This document shows positions 38,243-47,886 of a stretch of 64,000 bases of DNA, piece after piece. The notes beneath the pieces are model-generated. The model saw nothing but the letters and a program-made list of their open reading frames with translations, searched no databases and was not told the DNA's origin. Each line of letters begins with the position of its first letter. The first letter of the stretch is position 1. Source of the DNA: an uncultured Bacilli bacterium. Lineage in GTDB: Bacteria; Bacillota_I; Bacilli_A; RF39; UBA660. The stretch is taken from the NCBI GenBank assembly GCA_949425635.1, contig CASPWD010000010.1:6194-70193 (forward strand), given 5' to 3'. The translations under genes and the position numbers were made by a program.

Positions 38243-39178
38243 CTACTCCACTATTGTATGAATTATTTTGTCCTTGTTTAAACCATTTATATAATCTCTG
38301 GCACTCATTTCTTTTTTTCCAAATGGTTTTACTTTAGTTATATAGATTATTTTATCTTTAGTGCAAATACCTATATTATCTTTATTTATTTCGCAGATTG
38401 TTCCTGATGATAAGTTGCTGTCTTTTTCACCGATAAAACATTCAAGTACTTTTACTTCGACACCATTTATTATGGTATTCGCTTTTGGCCAAGGATTTAG
38501 TCCTCTTACCTTGTTATATACTTCTTTTGCCGATACATTAAAGTCAAGGTGTTCTTCTTCTCTTTTTATATTCCAAGCATATGTAGCTTCCTCTTCATTT
38601 TGTTTCATTCTGTTATTCGTTCCATCAATAATGCTTGGTAATGTTTTAATTAGAAGGTTGCTTCCTATTTCACTTAAAATATCGTGTAATGTACCAACAT
38701 TATCGGTGCTTTTTATTGTATATTCTTCTTTAGATATAATGTCTCCAGTATCCATTTTTTTATCCATATACATTATTGTAATACCAGTTTTTTCTTCACC
38801 ATCAATGATGGCATGATGAATTGGAGCTCCACCACGCAATTTAGGTAATAATGAGGCATGAACATTAATGCAACCTAAACGAGGATTAGTTAAAATGGCT
38901 TCAGGAATAATTTGGCCATAAGCACATGTAATAATAATATCAGCATTTAAACTAGTAATAGGTTCGTAATCTTCTCTTATCTTAGTTGGTTGAAAAACTT
39001 CTATACCATGATTCATAGCAACTTTTTTTATTGGAGTTGGTTGAAGTTCGTGATTTCTTCCTACTTCTTTATCAGGTTGAGTAACAACCATAATAACATT
39101 TGTGTTTTCAATTAATTTTTCTAAAACTGGAACAGCAAAATCAGGTGTTCCCATAAATATTACTTTTGTATTTTTCAT
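38243..39178 (-). CDS. fmt: Methionyl-tRNA formyltransferase
   Basis: VIFMGTPDFAVPVL and HASLLPKLRGGAPIHHAI. ATG at 39178 preferred over the track's GTG start. Confidence 0.92.
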   Translation of the reverse strand: MKNTKVIFMGTPDFAVPVLEKLIENTNVIMVVTQPDKEVGRNHELQPTPIKKVAMNHGIEVFQPTKIREDYEPITSLNADIIITCAYGQIIPEAILTNPRLGCINVHASLLPKLRGGAPIHHAIIDGEEKTGITIMYMDKKMDTGDIISKEEYTIKSTDNVGTLHDILSEIGSNLLIKTLPSIIDGTNNRMKQNEEEATYAWNIKREEEHLDFNVSAKEVYNKVRGLNPWPKANTIINGVEVKVLECFIGEKDSNLSSGTICEINKDNIGICTKDKIIYITKVKPFGKKEMSARDYINGLNKDKIIHTIVE

Positions 39179-39279
39179 GTTAATCACTCTCTTTAAATAG
39201 TCATTCTTTAATATTATAACGAAAAAAAGTTAATATGTCCTCCTTTTTTAACTCTTTTCACAATTTTTTGACTTTTTTT

Positions 39280-39314
39280 CAAAATAAAACCTAGATGATC
39301 GTTCATTCTAGGTT
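39280..39314 (-). terminator. Rho-independent terminator after the 498-aa gene
   Basis: Stem aacctaga/tctaggtt, then TTTATTTTG on the minus strand. Confidence 0.65.
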
Positions 39315-39319
39315 CATTG

Positions 39320-40813
39320 CTATTTTATTAATTTCTTTTCTTCACGCTTTTGTTCACATATATTTTTTAATGTTCTTGCTAATTTTATTCTTTCAATATC
39401 AATATCTAAGCCATTATTGGAAAGGTATTCATTTACTGTACTAGTTGCTTCTTGACGACTTATCGGTCTTTTTATTCCGAATAAGGCTGCTAATAAGTTT
39501 TTTTCACCAACAATTTGATTACTTGCAATCTTAGAGTTAACAAGTATATCTATTAATGCTTTCATGTCAAAAGCATATTTTATTGGATTTTCATAATACT
39601 CATTTCTTCTTACTCTATATAGTGCTTGTAAAAATACTTCAGCATCTATAGGTCTATTAGCAAAATCAGATATTTCACATAAAATTTCCATTATTTCATC
39701 ACGTGTATATTGATTCTCACCAATTTCTAATGTTTCTTTTCCTAAAAGTCTTAACATTCTATTAACACGTGAGACTTTTACTTTTCTGATTAAATCTTCA
39801 AAAGATAAAATTTCATTCTCCAAATCGTCCTCTAAGTCACCAACTTCATCAAAGCCAAACAAACTATATGTTTCATAAATGAAGTCATAGCCACTTAAAA
39901 GGTCCATTTCTTCTTTTGTCTTACCAAAGAAGCGATAGCTTAATAAAAAATCGTTACTGTCATTTTTCTTACAATCAAAAGTTGGATCAAAAAAATATAA
40001 TCCTTCTATATTATATTTTTCATCATTTACATATGATAAAACACGAGCATGACCTGGTTCATCATTTGGTAATGATAAAGAAAAAACAATTGAATTAATA
40101 TTGAGACCTTTTAAGACTGCGTTAAAAATGTTAGAAAATCCTAAGCATACAATTTTATCTCCTAATAATGCATGGGAAAGATCTCTGGATATAGCATAAC
40201 TTTCTGTTTCATCTTCCATGTTATAAAATTTATCTCTTACTAAGTCATACGTATGAATTAGGGCTTCATATGGTGAATAATTATAGCTTTTTATTTTATT
40301 AACGATTTCTTCAATAGCTTTGATTGTTTTTTCATAAACATCTAAAGTTATCCCCTTCGTATTCCCTTCTATTTTAACCATAATATTGGCATTTTCGCCA
40401 AAAATTGTTTTTAATTTTGTTAGATTTGAACGTTTTAATGATACAGGAGTACCAATACATATTCTTTTACTTTTTAATAAAGGATTTCTTTCGAGATATT
40501 CTTTAATATTTCCAGCTGTTCCAAATATGACAACTTCTTCGATATCTTCTAACAGTTCATTCCTTGCAATTTTTCTTGAGACGTAATCAGATATATCTGT
40601 ATCATCAAAGATATACTTATACTCTTCTAACATTTGACTTGTATAATTTTTTGATTTTAAAATGCTTAATAAATCTTCATCTAATGAAGTCTTAACATTA
40701 ATGCTATATTCATTGTCATCTATTCCTTGATAAAGTTCAAGTTTAGATGACAATGCAGCTAAGTTATTTTCTTCCCTTTCTGGTTCTAAGTCTATTATTA
40801 AACTTCCTATCAT
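39320..40813 (-). CDS. Hypothetical protein with a transglutaminase-like Cys-His-Asp core
   Basis: GDKIVCLGFSNIFNAVL (Cys), EPGHARVLSYV (His) and LYFFDPTFD (Asp) occur in canonical order and spacing. RBS GGGGGA precedes the ATG at 40813. Confidence 0.45.
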   Translation of the reverse strand: MIGSLIIDLEPEREENNLAALSSKLELYQGIDDNEYSINVKTSLDEDLLSILKSKNYTSQMLEEYKYIFDDTDISDYVSRKIARNELLEDIEEVVIFGTAGNIKEYLERNPLLKSKRICIGTPVSLKRSNLTKLKTIFGENANIMVKIEGNTKGITLDVYEKTIKAIEEIVNKIKSYNYSPYEALIHTYDLVRDKFYNMEDETESYAISRDLSHALLGDKIVCLGFSNIFNAVLKGLNINSIVFSLSLPNDEPGHARVLSYVNDEKYNIEGLYFFDPTFDCKKNDSNDFLLSYRFFGKTKEEMDLLSGYDFIYETYSLFGFDEVGDLEDDLENEILSFEDLIRKVKVSRVNRMLRLLGKETLEIGENQYTRDEIMEILCEISDFANRPIDAEVFLQALYRVRRNEYYENPIKYAFDMKALIDILVNSKIASNQIVGEKNLLAALFGIKRPISRQEATSTVNEYLSNNGLDIDIERIKLARTLKNICEQKREEKKLIK

Positions 40814-40915
40814 CAATAATTCCCCCAAATTCGCCAATATTATAACATTGAGATATGAATGTGACAATTTTTTGTTGTAAAAACGATTAAAAAAGCTGGA
40901 ATATCCAAGAAATAA

Positions 40916-40944
40916 TTGACTTTCCCCTTTTCTTATGGTAAAGT
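40916..40944 (+). promoter_or_regulatory. Promoter of rpmB
   Basis: TTGACT - 17 nt - TAAAGT, 35 nt upstream of the ATG. Confidence 0.55.
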
Positions 40945-40978
40945 TGGTAATGAAATGATTTTTTAAGGAGGCGTAATT

Positions 40979-41155
40979 ATGGCAAAAAAAGTAAGTACAA
41001 AAAAACCTTTAAGTGGTAATAGAAGAAGTCATGCTTTAAATGCAACTAAACATGCTCAAAAGCCAAACTTTCAAAAAGTAACTATCAACGGTACAAAAGT
41101 TGTTTTAACTGCTAGAGAAGCAAGAACAATGAAAAAAGAAGAAGAAAATGCTTAA
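40979..41155 (+). CDS. rpmB: 50S ribosomal protein L28 (58 aa, below the ORF-track cutoff)
   Basis: My own translation gives MAKKVSTKKPLSGNRRSHALNATKHAQKPNFQKVTINGTKVVLTAREARTMKKEEENA. The L28 signature GN.RSHA.NA.K is present. RBS AAGGAGG. Confidence 0.9.
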   Translation: MAKKVSTKKPLSGNRRSHALNATKHAQKPNFQKVTINGTKVVLTAREARTMKKEEENA

Positions 41156-41157
41156 TT

Positions 41158-41180
41158 AACCACAATGTGGTTTTTTATTT
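41158..41180 (+). terminator. Rho-independent terminator of rpmB
   Basis: aaccac-aat-gtggtt followed by TTTTTATTT. Confidence 0.6.
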
Positions 41181-41192
41181 GTAAAAATAATT

Positions 41193-41231
41193 AAAAGGGA
41201 GATTGTGCGTTTGCACAATCTCCCTTTTTTA
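41193..41231. terminator. Bidirectional terminator (ends the folA-to-ATP-grasp operon on the minus strand)
   Basis: 12-bp stem gggagattgtgc/gcacaatctccc flanked by AAAA and TTTTTT. Confidence 0.75.
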
Positions 41232-41247
41232 TTCGTTATTTGATTTA

Positions 41248-42378
41248 TTAATTATCTTTTTTGTCTAGTTCTAATCTTAATTTTTTATTAGTGTCACTCT
41301 TGCTAAGGTCTAAATCACTTTGAAGAGCTGAGTCACTTGTTATACTCTCAAATGAGAATGATCCGAAAATTGGTTCATGACTAGTCCAGGCTTTTGAAGT
41401 TATGGGAAGGTCTGTAAAAGTTATACCAGTTTTTCCCGTTAGAATAATACTCCTTAAATCTCCTGCAAAAGAAAATGGAACTTTGTATAGTGGTTCTCTT
41501 TGATTAATCATAGAACCTTTTTTTACACATTCATTTAATTTACTGATTGTTTCGTAAGGCAATGACGATAAAGATGAATGCAGTATATCACTACTTTCAG
41601 TTATTGCTGAATTATATAAATATATTCCAGATGCTTGAATTGGATTAAATTCAACTACATCTATTTTTCTTGAGCCATTACTTTGATATTCAAATAAATC
41701 AACTACATATGATATTGGCATTATATCTTTAACAATATCTGCTATCTCTTGTGCTCTTTTTAAAATTATAGGCTCAATTTGATGTAAGATATGATCTGTA
41801 AAGCGTGATATATTCGCCACTTTACCATTAATAACAAAACAACGATATTCTTTTTTTCCAAACTCATCTTCTATTATGTCTACTTTGCCACTAACAATAA
41901 AATCGTCTTTCGAATGTTCCTGAAGAGCTTTGTAAAAGGCACACTTAGAATCACGAAGTAATGATATAGGTATAATTCCACTAAAGTTCTTATCTTTCGT
42001 TTTTATAAATATTTCACTACCAAATGTTTTTTCTAGTGCTGTAATGTTATCCTCTTCTATTAAATCTCCACCAGTTAAAATGATAGCTTTTCTTTCTGGT
42101 TGGTAATATTTTGGCCAATCTATAATAACTTGGGTATTTTCATCGTCAATAAGAGGTATTCCGCCGAATCTAATTATTTCCTCATTTATTTCACTAATTT
42201 GAGCTGCCCATGTTCGAGTCATTAAGACTAGTCCTCGAATATCAACTATCTTTCCTTCTAAGTCGACGAATTCATCTATTGTTTCATCATATAGGACAAC
42301 TTTACCTGTTCTATTTGCTATTTCTATTTCTCTTTCAAAGCTATTTAATGGATGTCTTTTATCATAACAATAAATCAT
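41248..42378 (-). CDS. ATP-grasp-fold enzyme (R2K/DUF4343-like)
   Basis: EIFIKTKDKNFSG (Lys strand), KEYRCFVINGKV, and VVDLFEY...IDVVEFNPIQASGIYLY (the Mg/ATP E-x-N region). Assigned by eye. Confidence 0.5.
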   Translation of the reverse strand: MIYCYDKRHPLNSFEREIEIANRTGKVVLYDETIDEFVDLEGKIVDIRGLVLMTRTWAAQISEINEEIIRFGGIPLIDDENTQVIIDWPKYYQPERKAIILTGGDLIEEDNITALEKTFGSEIFIKTKDKNFSGIIPISLLRDSKCAFYKALQEHSKDDFIVSGKVDIIEDEFGKKEYRCFVINGKVANISRFTDHILHQIEPIILKRAQEIADIVKDIMPISYVVDLFEYQSNGSRKIDVVEFNPIQASGIYLYNSAITESSDILHSSLSSLPYETISKLNECVKKGSMINQREPLYKVPFSFAGDLRSIILTGKTGITFTDLPITSKAWTSHEPIFGSFSFESITSDSALQSDLDLSKSDTNKKLRLELDKKDN

Positions 42379-42393
42379 TATAAAAATTCCTCC

Positions 42394-43305
42394 CTATTGT
42401 TTAAATTTTAAATATTTAGGATTATCTTTAATAGAGTTGGCATTTTCTAAATGAATTCTATTCCCTACTCCTTGAAGACTATATAAATTTATTTCACCGC
42501 TATTTACTTTTTCTATTAGGTAATTTATAAATCTAAGATATTCATCTTCATTTAGTATCTCTTTTAAATCACCTAAACTGTCTTTATTAAAGAATCTTAT
42601 TTTAGAACTATATAGAATTGTATTTAAGAATGCTCTTTTTAATTCTGGAGAAATTAATGCTCCTCTAGTAGTTTTAATTAATGACATAATTTTATCATCC
42701 TGGTTATCTGAAGTGGCTTGCATAATGTTCTCTGTATTTTCTGGTGCTTCTATATCGATATTATCTTCTGTAAATAGTATATAATTTGAAGATTCAAATA
42801 ATTTTATAGATTCAGCAATTCTTCCTGCAACAATATTCATATGAACTGTATCTGTAAATAAATCATAATTAGGATTACTAAAAGTCTTAACATCTTCAGC
42901 TTTTAGAATATCTAAAAATTTAGCCATCAATTTAGGGTTAGATATTCCTAGAGCTAGTGAGTCTTTTAAAACTGCTGGTGTTCCATGCATATCTTCTCCT
43001 TGATAATCTAAATCGATATCTTGACTTAGCAAGAAGTTAAAGGTATCTTCAGACAAAGAAAAGAATCCTACAAAACTTAATAAAGCTTTCTCATATACAT
43101 TGTTTATATGGTTTAAGTTATTTTTATATTTCAAATAGTAAACATATAAACGACAAGCTAGTTCACGTTGTTCATTGTATTCTTCGCTATATTTTGTGAC
43201 AAAATCTTGTAAAAGTTTAAAGAATACTTCACTTAAGTTATCGCTTTCTATAATTCTGTTAAATTCTTTACTTTCTATGATTTCATCAATATTTATTTTT
43301 TTCAT
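42394..43305 (-). CDS. Hypothetical all-alpha protein
   Basis: RBS GGGGGA precedes the ATG at 43305 (the track start is TTG). No motif recognised. Confidence 0.5.
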   Translation of the reverse strand: MKKINIDEIIESKEFNRIIESDNLSEVFFKLLQDFVTKYSEEYNEQRELACRLYVYYLKYKNNLNHINNVYEKALLSFVGFFSLSEDTFNFLLSQDIDLDYQGEDMHGTPAVLKDSLALGISNPKLMAKFLDILKAEDVKTFSNPNYDLFTDTVHMNIVAGRIAESIKLFESSNYILFTEDNIDIEAPENTENIMQATSDNQDDKIMSLIKTTRGALISPELKRAFLNTILYSSKIRFFNKDSLGDLKEILNEDEYLRFINYLIEKVNSGEINLYSLQGVGNRIHLENANSIKDNPKYLKFKQ

Positions 43306-43350
43306 AGTTGATTCCCCCAATAATTTTTTATTATAAACTATATATTAATA

Positions 43351-44025
43351 TTAATCCTCTTTTTTCTTTGTTAATTTTTTTACTGGACCTCCATAAATAT
43401 AGTCATCTGTACTTTTTTTATCTATACTATTAATTAATCTTATTGAACAATTCTCCATATTTGGTTCTTCGTTAAACCACTCAGGAGAATGGTGAAACCA
43501 ATTCATAACGATTGTTCTAATTGTTGTACCATGACTAACTATTATTAATGGGTCTGCATTATCTCTAAATATAGTTTCTAGAAATTGTTTGGTTCTTAAA
43601 GCTACATCATAAGGACTTTCTCCTTGAGGCATTTTGGCATAGAATTTGCCATCATTTTGATAATATTTGTCATAGAAAGCAAATTCTTCTGGATACAATT
43701 TTTTTATAAATTCTATTTCTTTATCACTAAATAGACCATAACGTTGTTCTATTAATGTAATATCTTCTTTCACATCTGCAACTTCTAAGTGACTATTAAT
43801 AATCTGAGCCGTCTGTCTTGTTCTGGTATATGGACTTACCCATAATGTTGCTTTGCTTAAATCTATTTGGTGTGATTCTAGGTACCTTTTTAAGAATTGA
43901 CCTGCCTTATCAGCTTGTTCTTTACCTAGTTCAGATAAGTAAACTTTGTGGTCTGGTAAACCAAGAGAATAATTTTCTTTCGTATTTTGTATGGATTCCC
44001 CATGTCTTATTAAAAATAATTTCAT
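43351..44025 (-). CDS. Histidine phosphatase (phosphoglycerate-mutase-like) family protein
   Basis: LFLIRHGESIQN (the RHG motif) and a distal IVSHGTTIRT His. Confidence 0.8.
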   Translation of the reverse strand: MKLFLIRHGESIQNTKENYSLGLPDHKVYLSELGKEQADKAGQFLKRYLESHQIDLSKATLWVSPYTRTRQTAQIINSHLEVADVKEDITLIEQRYGLFSDKEIEFIKKLYPEEFAFYDKYYQNDGKFYAKMPQGESPYDVALRTKQFLETIFRDNADPLIIVSHGTTIRTIVMNWFHHSPEWFNEEPNMENCSIRLINSIDKKSTDDYIYGGPVKKLTKKKED

Positions 44026-44040
44026 TTTTCACCTCTTTAA

Positions 44041-44811
44041 CTACTTAATTAATAGATAAAGACATCTATTAAATTCACCATCACAAGAAATGATAGCTTC
44101 TCTTAAAACTTCTTCAGTATAAGTGATATTTATTACTATATCTTTCATAAATCTTCTACATAGATCTTTAAGTATATATTCCATTATTTCTTTGTTATCA
44201 GCTAGAAGTGATCTTATGCAAAGCTTATTATTATAATTATAAATGTCGTGAATTGCTTTAGATGAAGATTCTTCAAAAATTTTATAATCTACTATCCCTA
44301 CTACCTTATTGTTATATTTATAAGTTAAATATGAATATTCATCGTTCTCAAATATTTTATAACTATATAAAGATATTTTTTCACTTGGATTATAATACTC
44401 GTGGTTTATTTTAATTGCTTTATTTATCTTATTTAAGTAATATTCTTTTGAAGTTGAATTTAAATCATCAATGACCTCATATTGATTAAAATATTCTATA
44501 CTATCTTTACATCTGATTAAATATTGATAATTAGAAACCTTTAATCCTTCTTTTTCTAGTCTACGTTCTAATTCTTTTGAATCATATAGCACGTCTAAGC
44601 ATAGGATGTCGTTTGACTTCTTAAGAGTTTTTACAATATATAGAATAAAATCTAGTTCGTAGCTGTTGTCTAAGATTATTGTATCACTTATGTATTCTTC
44701 GTCGTAATGTGTTACTATAAGTTCTTTATTTGTTTCGTTGTTTTTAAATATTATTTTATTATCTAAAATAGAATGCTGGTACTTAGATAAATTCTTTTTA
44801 TTACTTTTCAT
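44041..44811 (-). CDS. Hypothetical protein (possibly a degenerate GNAT-like fold)
   Basis: Intact ORF overlapping its upstream neighbour by 11 nt. Only weak GNAT-like strand patterns (KVVGIVDYKIFE). Confidence 0.4.
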   Translation of the reverse strand: MKSNKKNLSKYQHSILDNKIIFKNNETNKELIVTHYDEEYISDTIILDNSYELDFILYIVKTLKKSNDILCLDVLYDSKELERRLEKEGLKVSNYQYLIRCKDSIEYFNQYEVIDDLNSTSKEYYLNKINKAIKINHEYYNPSEKISLYSYKIFENDEYSYLTYKYNNKVVGIVDYKIFEESSSKAIHDIYNYNNKLCIRSLLADNKEIMEYILKDLCRRFMKDIVINITYTEEVLREAIISCDGEFNRCLYLLIK

Positions 44812-45406
44812 TATCTAAAAGAATTCTCCTAACTTCATTCCACCCATTACGCCAGTCATTACCAGCTTTTATAACATTATTATTTTGTAATTCTGCTTCA
44901 CCAATATTTTTATTATGGTAAGAAGGAAATAAGATTTTTGTTTCGACATCGCTGATTAAGTTTTGCATTCTATCGTCGATTTGGACATCGGCTTTAAATA
45001 AGTTTTTAACTCCCGTAAAAATGAATTTCTCTGGTTTTAAGAATGGTAATGTTTTTATTAAGTAATTATATTTATCAACAAATAATCGCCCTGAGTTTTC
45101 AATGTCTAATGGATTAATACAAGACGAACAAACATGAATATCGTAAATTTCATTTAAATCCTTTAAAGTCTCAACCGCTTCTGGAAGTAGTCTTGCATAC
45201 TCATACATATTTTTTTCTCTTATAAATTCATTAAATTCAGAGAATCTTTCTTTAGGAATTGCTGTATTATCAATGTAGTACTCTGTAAAATCATCAATTA
45301 CATAATCCGTTCCCATAAATTCATTTATTAGAGGTAGGAAACCAGTAAAACATACTACTTCATCAACGTCCAATAGCAGAATTTTCTTTTTATTTTTCAT
45401 TCTCAT
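44801..45406 (-). CDS. HAD-superfamily 5'(3')-deoxyribonucleotidase (NT5C-like)
   Basis: Motif I LLLDVDEVV (DxDxV). Distal VQIDDRMQN. About 200 aa, typical for the family. Confidence 0.6.
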   Translation of the reverse strand: MRMKNKKKILLLDVDEVVCFTGFLPLINEFMGTDYVIDDFTEYYIDNTAIPKERFSEFNEFIREKNMYEYARLLPEAVETLKDLNEIYDIHVCSSCINPLDIENSGRLFVDKYNYLIKTLPFLKPEKFIFTGVKNLFKADVQIDDRMQNLISDVETKILFPSYHNKNIGEAELQNNNVIKAGNDWRNGWNEVRRILLDNEK

Positions 45407-46007
45407 GACTCCTTTTTTCTAGGTATTTTATATATGCTTCTATTAAATCTGGATCATGTTGATTGATTGGAAGATTATCTAAAGAGAAGAATTTTAGTTC
45501 TTTTGATTCTTCATCAATCTTTATTTCGCCTGAATAATTTTCAACTAAATACAAAACCGTGTTATTTATAACAACATCTCCATTAGGATACTCACTTCTT
45601 CTTGAATTACCTGAAATAATATCAATAATTTTTAAATCTTTATAATTGACATCTAAATTTGTTTCTTCTTTGACCTCTCTAATAACAGTTTCTTCAAAAG
45701 TTTCACCTAAATCTTGACATCCACCAGGAAGTCCCCATTTATCTCGGTCAGCTCTACTTTGTAATAGTATTTCTCCTTCTTTATTCACAATAATAGCGGC
45801 TGCTCCATCTTGAAGAAGGACAAATTTGTGTTTTAATTCATTCATACAAAGTCTTGTAAAAACTGGATAGCCAATAATATTTGATAATTCTATTATTTCA
45901 TTTGAACTTAATTTTTCCATAATAGTTACTAGCTCTTGATATGATAAGTTTCTTTTTTCTTTATTCGTTAAATTTCTTATTTTATTTAATATTTCTTGAT
46001 TTGTCAT
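45390..46007 (-). CDS. NUDIX hydrolase with N-terminal helical extension
   Basis: Nudix box GGCQDLGETFEETVIREVKEETNL. RBS GGAG precedes the ATG at 46007. Confidence 0.8.
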   Translation of the reverse strand: MTNQEILNKIRNLTNKEKRNLSYQELVTIMEKLSSNEIIELSNIIGYPVFTRLCMNELKHKFVLLQDGAAAIIVNKEGEILLQSRADRDKWGLPGGCQDLGETFEETVIREVKEETNLDVNYKDLKIIDIISGNSRRSEYPNGDVVINNTVLYLVENYSGEIKIDEESKELKFFSLDNLPINQHDPDLIEAYIKYLEKRSHENEK

Positions 46008-46051
46008 ATGTACTCCTTTTTTAATACTTAATGTTTTATAATTCAAGAAGA

Positions 46052-46564
46052 TTACTTTCTTGTTAGAACAAGACGTTTATAATTTAGAGAGTTTTCTGTT
46101 TTTTTCTCAATGCTATCTTGTTGCCAGTCTTCTTGATGATAATCTGGGAAATATGTGTCAGCTTTTTTGAATGTATCTTCAATCTCTGTTATATGCATAG
46201 TTGAAACGTATGGAAGGAAAAGATTGTAAATAGAACTTCCACCAGTGATAAAGAAAATACTATCCGAAAGCGAAGATACAATAGCTAGTGTTTCACTAAC
46301 ACTTCTTGTTACTATTTTTGGTGGTTCTAAAGTAAAGCTTGGATTAGTTGATAGAACAATGTAATTTCGTCCTTTTAAGTTTTTAGGCATTGATTCGTAT
46401 GTGTTACGTCCCATTATAAGGTATGAATTCATTGTTGTTTCTTTAAAATATTGTAAGTCTTCCTTAATACGCCAGATAAGACTATTTTGATAACCAATTT
46501 CGTTTTGCATCCCAATAGCAACAATAAGATTTAGATTTTCGTATATTTTACTTTCTTGTTCCAT
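46052..46564 (-). CDS. folA: Dihydrofolate reductase
   Basis: LIVAIGMQNEIGYQNSLIWRIKEDLQYFKETTMNSYLIMGRNTYESMP. RBS AGGAGG precedes the ATG at 46564. Confidence 0.88.
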   Translation of the reverse strand: MEQESKIYENLNLIVAIGMQNEIGYQNSLIWRIKEDLQYFKETTMNSYLIMGRNTYESMPKNLKGRNYIVLSTNPSFTLEPPKIVTRSVSETLAIVSSLSDSIFFITGGSSIYNLFLPYVSTMHITEIEDTFKKADTYFPDYHQEDWQQDSIEKKTENSLNYKRLVLTRK

Positions 46565-46634
46565 AAAACCTCCTATATACAATAAAATTCGCCCTTAATA
46601 TCTAATTATATATTAACATATTTCAAGGTATATT

Positions 46635-46662
46635 AAAACTCGGAACGTATAATCCGAGTTTT
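46635..46662 (-). terminator. Rho-independent terminator after the 160-aa NUDIX gene
   Basis: 10-bp stem aaaactcgga/tccgagtttt. It separates the 184-aa + NUDIX unit from the folA operon. Confidence 0.6.
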
Positions 46663-46704
46663 ATCTTGATTTATTTACTTAGTGCTTTTTAAATAATTGA
46701 TTAA

Positions 46705-47187
46705 CTAGACAAATTGTTCTTTTGAATCATAGGTGAATTCATATAACTCATTAGCTAATTTAATAGCATCATCAATCAATTCTGTTCCTGCAATATCAGG
46801 ATAATTGAGATATTTTTTTACATTATTTTGAGTGGACATAAATCTTTGATACAATTTTCCACTATCTGTATCAGGCAATGATTCTTTAACATTTTTTATT
46901 TTAGCAATCATTCTAACTTGAGCATATGTTTCTTGATTTTCAGTTACTAGTAAATAACCTAAATAATGAATATTTTCTAGTTCAACATTTAGTTCTTCTA
47001 AAAATTCCCTTTTTAAAGTATGCTCATAATTCAAATCTATTTCTTCTGGTTTACCACCTGTTAGTTTATAAATACCATTGTCTACTCTTAGTAAAACTCT
47101 TCCGTTTTTATCAAAGACAATACCATATACTTGTTTTACTTTTAAGTTTGATGGGACTTGATTTTTATACCATTTATATTCGGTCAT
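46705..47187 (-). CDS. NUDIX hydrolase (160 aa)
   Basis: Nudix box GGKPEEIDLNYEHTLKREFLEELNV. Confidence 0.8.
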   Translation of the reverse strand: MTEYKWYKNQVPSNLKVKQVYGIVFDKNGRVLLRVDNGIYKLTGGKPEEIDLNYEHTLKREFLEELNVELENIHYLGYLLVTENQETYAQVRMIAKIKNVKESLPDTDSGKLYQRFMSTQNNVKKYLNYPDIAGTELIDDAIKLANELYEFTYDSKEQFV

Positions 47188-47216
47188 TTTTTCACTTCCT
47201 TAATGTTTTTGTTATT

Positions 47217-47771
47217 TTAATAATCTGTTCTTAATTCATAGATGACTATTGGTTCATTAAATATACCGACTTTTTTATTAAATAAAGAGAATTCTATAAT
47301 AACATCTTTTAGATTTTTGGTAGTGATGTAGTTATATAGAAAATCGAAACCTGGTATTTGGTTTAATTGAGAATCAAATATATCAGTTTTTAAATTGAAT
47401 GTTGGTTTTTTAAGAGCGTCTCTAACTGATGCTGTAGAATCAACAGATAAAGTTGCATAGACTTCATTATTAGATAAAAGCTCTATCTCACCTACAAGTA
47501 TTTGATTATCTACATAATTAGCTGAACTAACATTAATAGAAAAAAGATCATAACATTTCATTTCATCTAAAACTTTATCACTTTCGACTTTAAGTTTAAA
47601 TATTCCACTTGAGGATGATTTGTCTCTTATGGCGTAATATTTAGCGGTGTTTTCTTTTAAAAATTGTCTTACTTTTTCTGTTTCATTTCTTCTAAAGATA
47701 GCTTCTGGAAATCTATTTAATCTTAATTCATTTATTTTAGCTACACTTTCTAATTTATTTTTTATTTCCAT
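47217..47771 (-). CDS. Hypothetical protein (184 aa)
   Basis: RBS TTGGAGA. No motif recognised. Confidence 0.5.
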   Translation of the reverse strand: MEIKNKLESVAKINELRLNRFPEAIFRRNETEKVRQFLKENTAKYYAIRDKSSSSGIFKLKVESDKVLDEMKCYDLFSINVSSANYVDNQILVGEIELLSNNEVYATLSVDSTASVRDALKKPTFNLKTDIFDSQLNQIPGFDFLYNYITTKNLKDVIIEFSLFNKKVGIFNEPIVIYELRTDY

Positions 47772-47840
47772 AATATTTCTCCAATAATTTATTTTAATTG
47801 TTTTTATTTTTGACTTTAAATAGTCCAGAGTGATTTTTAG

Positions 47841-47874
47841 ATAAAAAAGTAAAAAGCTAGATAACTTCTAGCTT
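47841..47874 (-). terminator. Rho-independent terminator after the tRNA
   Basis: Stem aagctaga/tctagctt, then TTTTTACTTTTTT on the minus strand. Confidence 0.65.
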
Positions 47875-47886
47875 CAAATCTACCTA

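Noticed and set aside
43351-46564. A folate-biosynthesis cluster (DHFR, a NUDIX acting as FolQ, and a phosphatase).
   Set aside because: The core genes folE, folB, folK, folP and folC are absent from the operon and the window. The NT5C-type nucleotidase and ATP-grasp enzyme do not fit that pathway.
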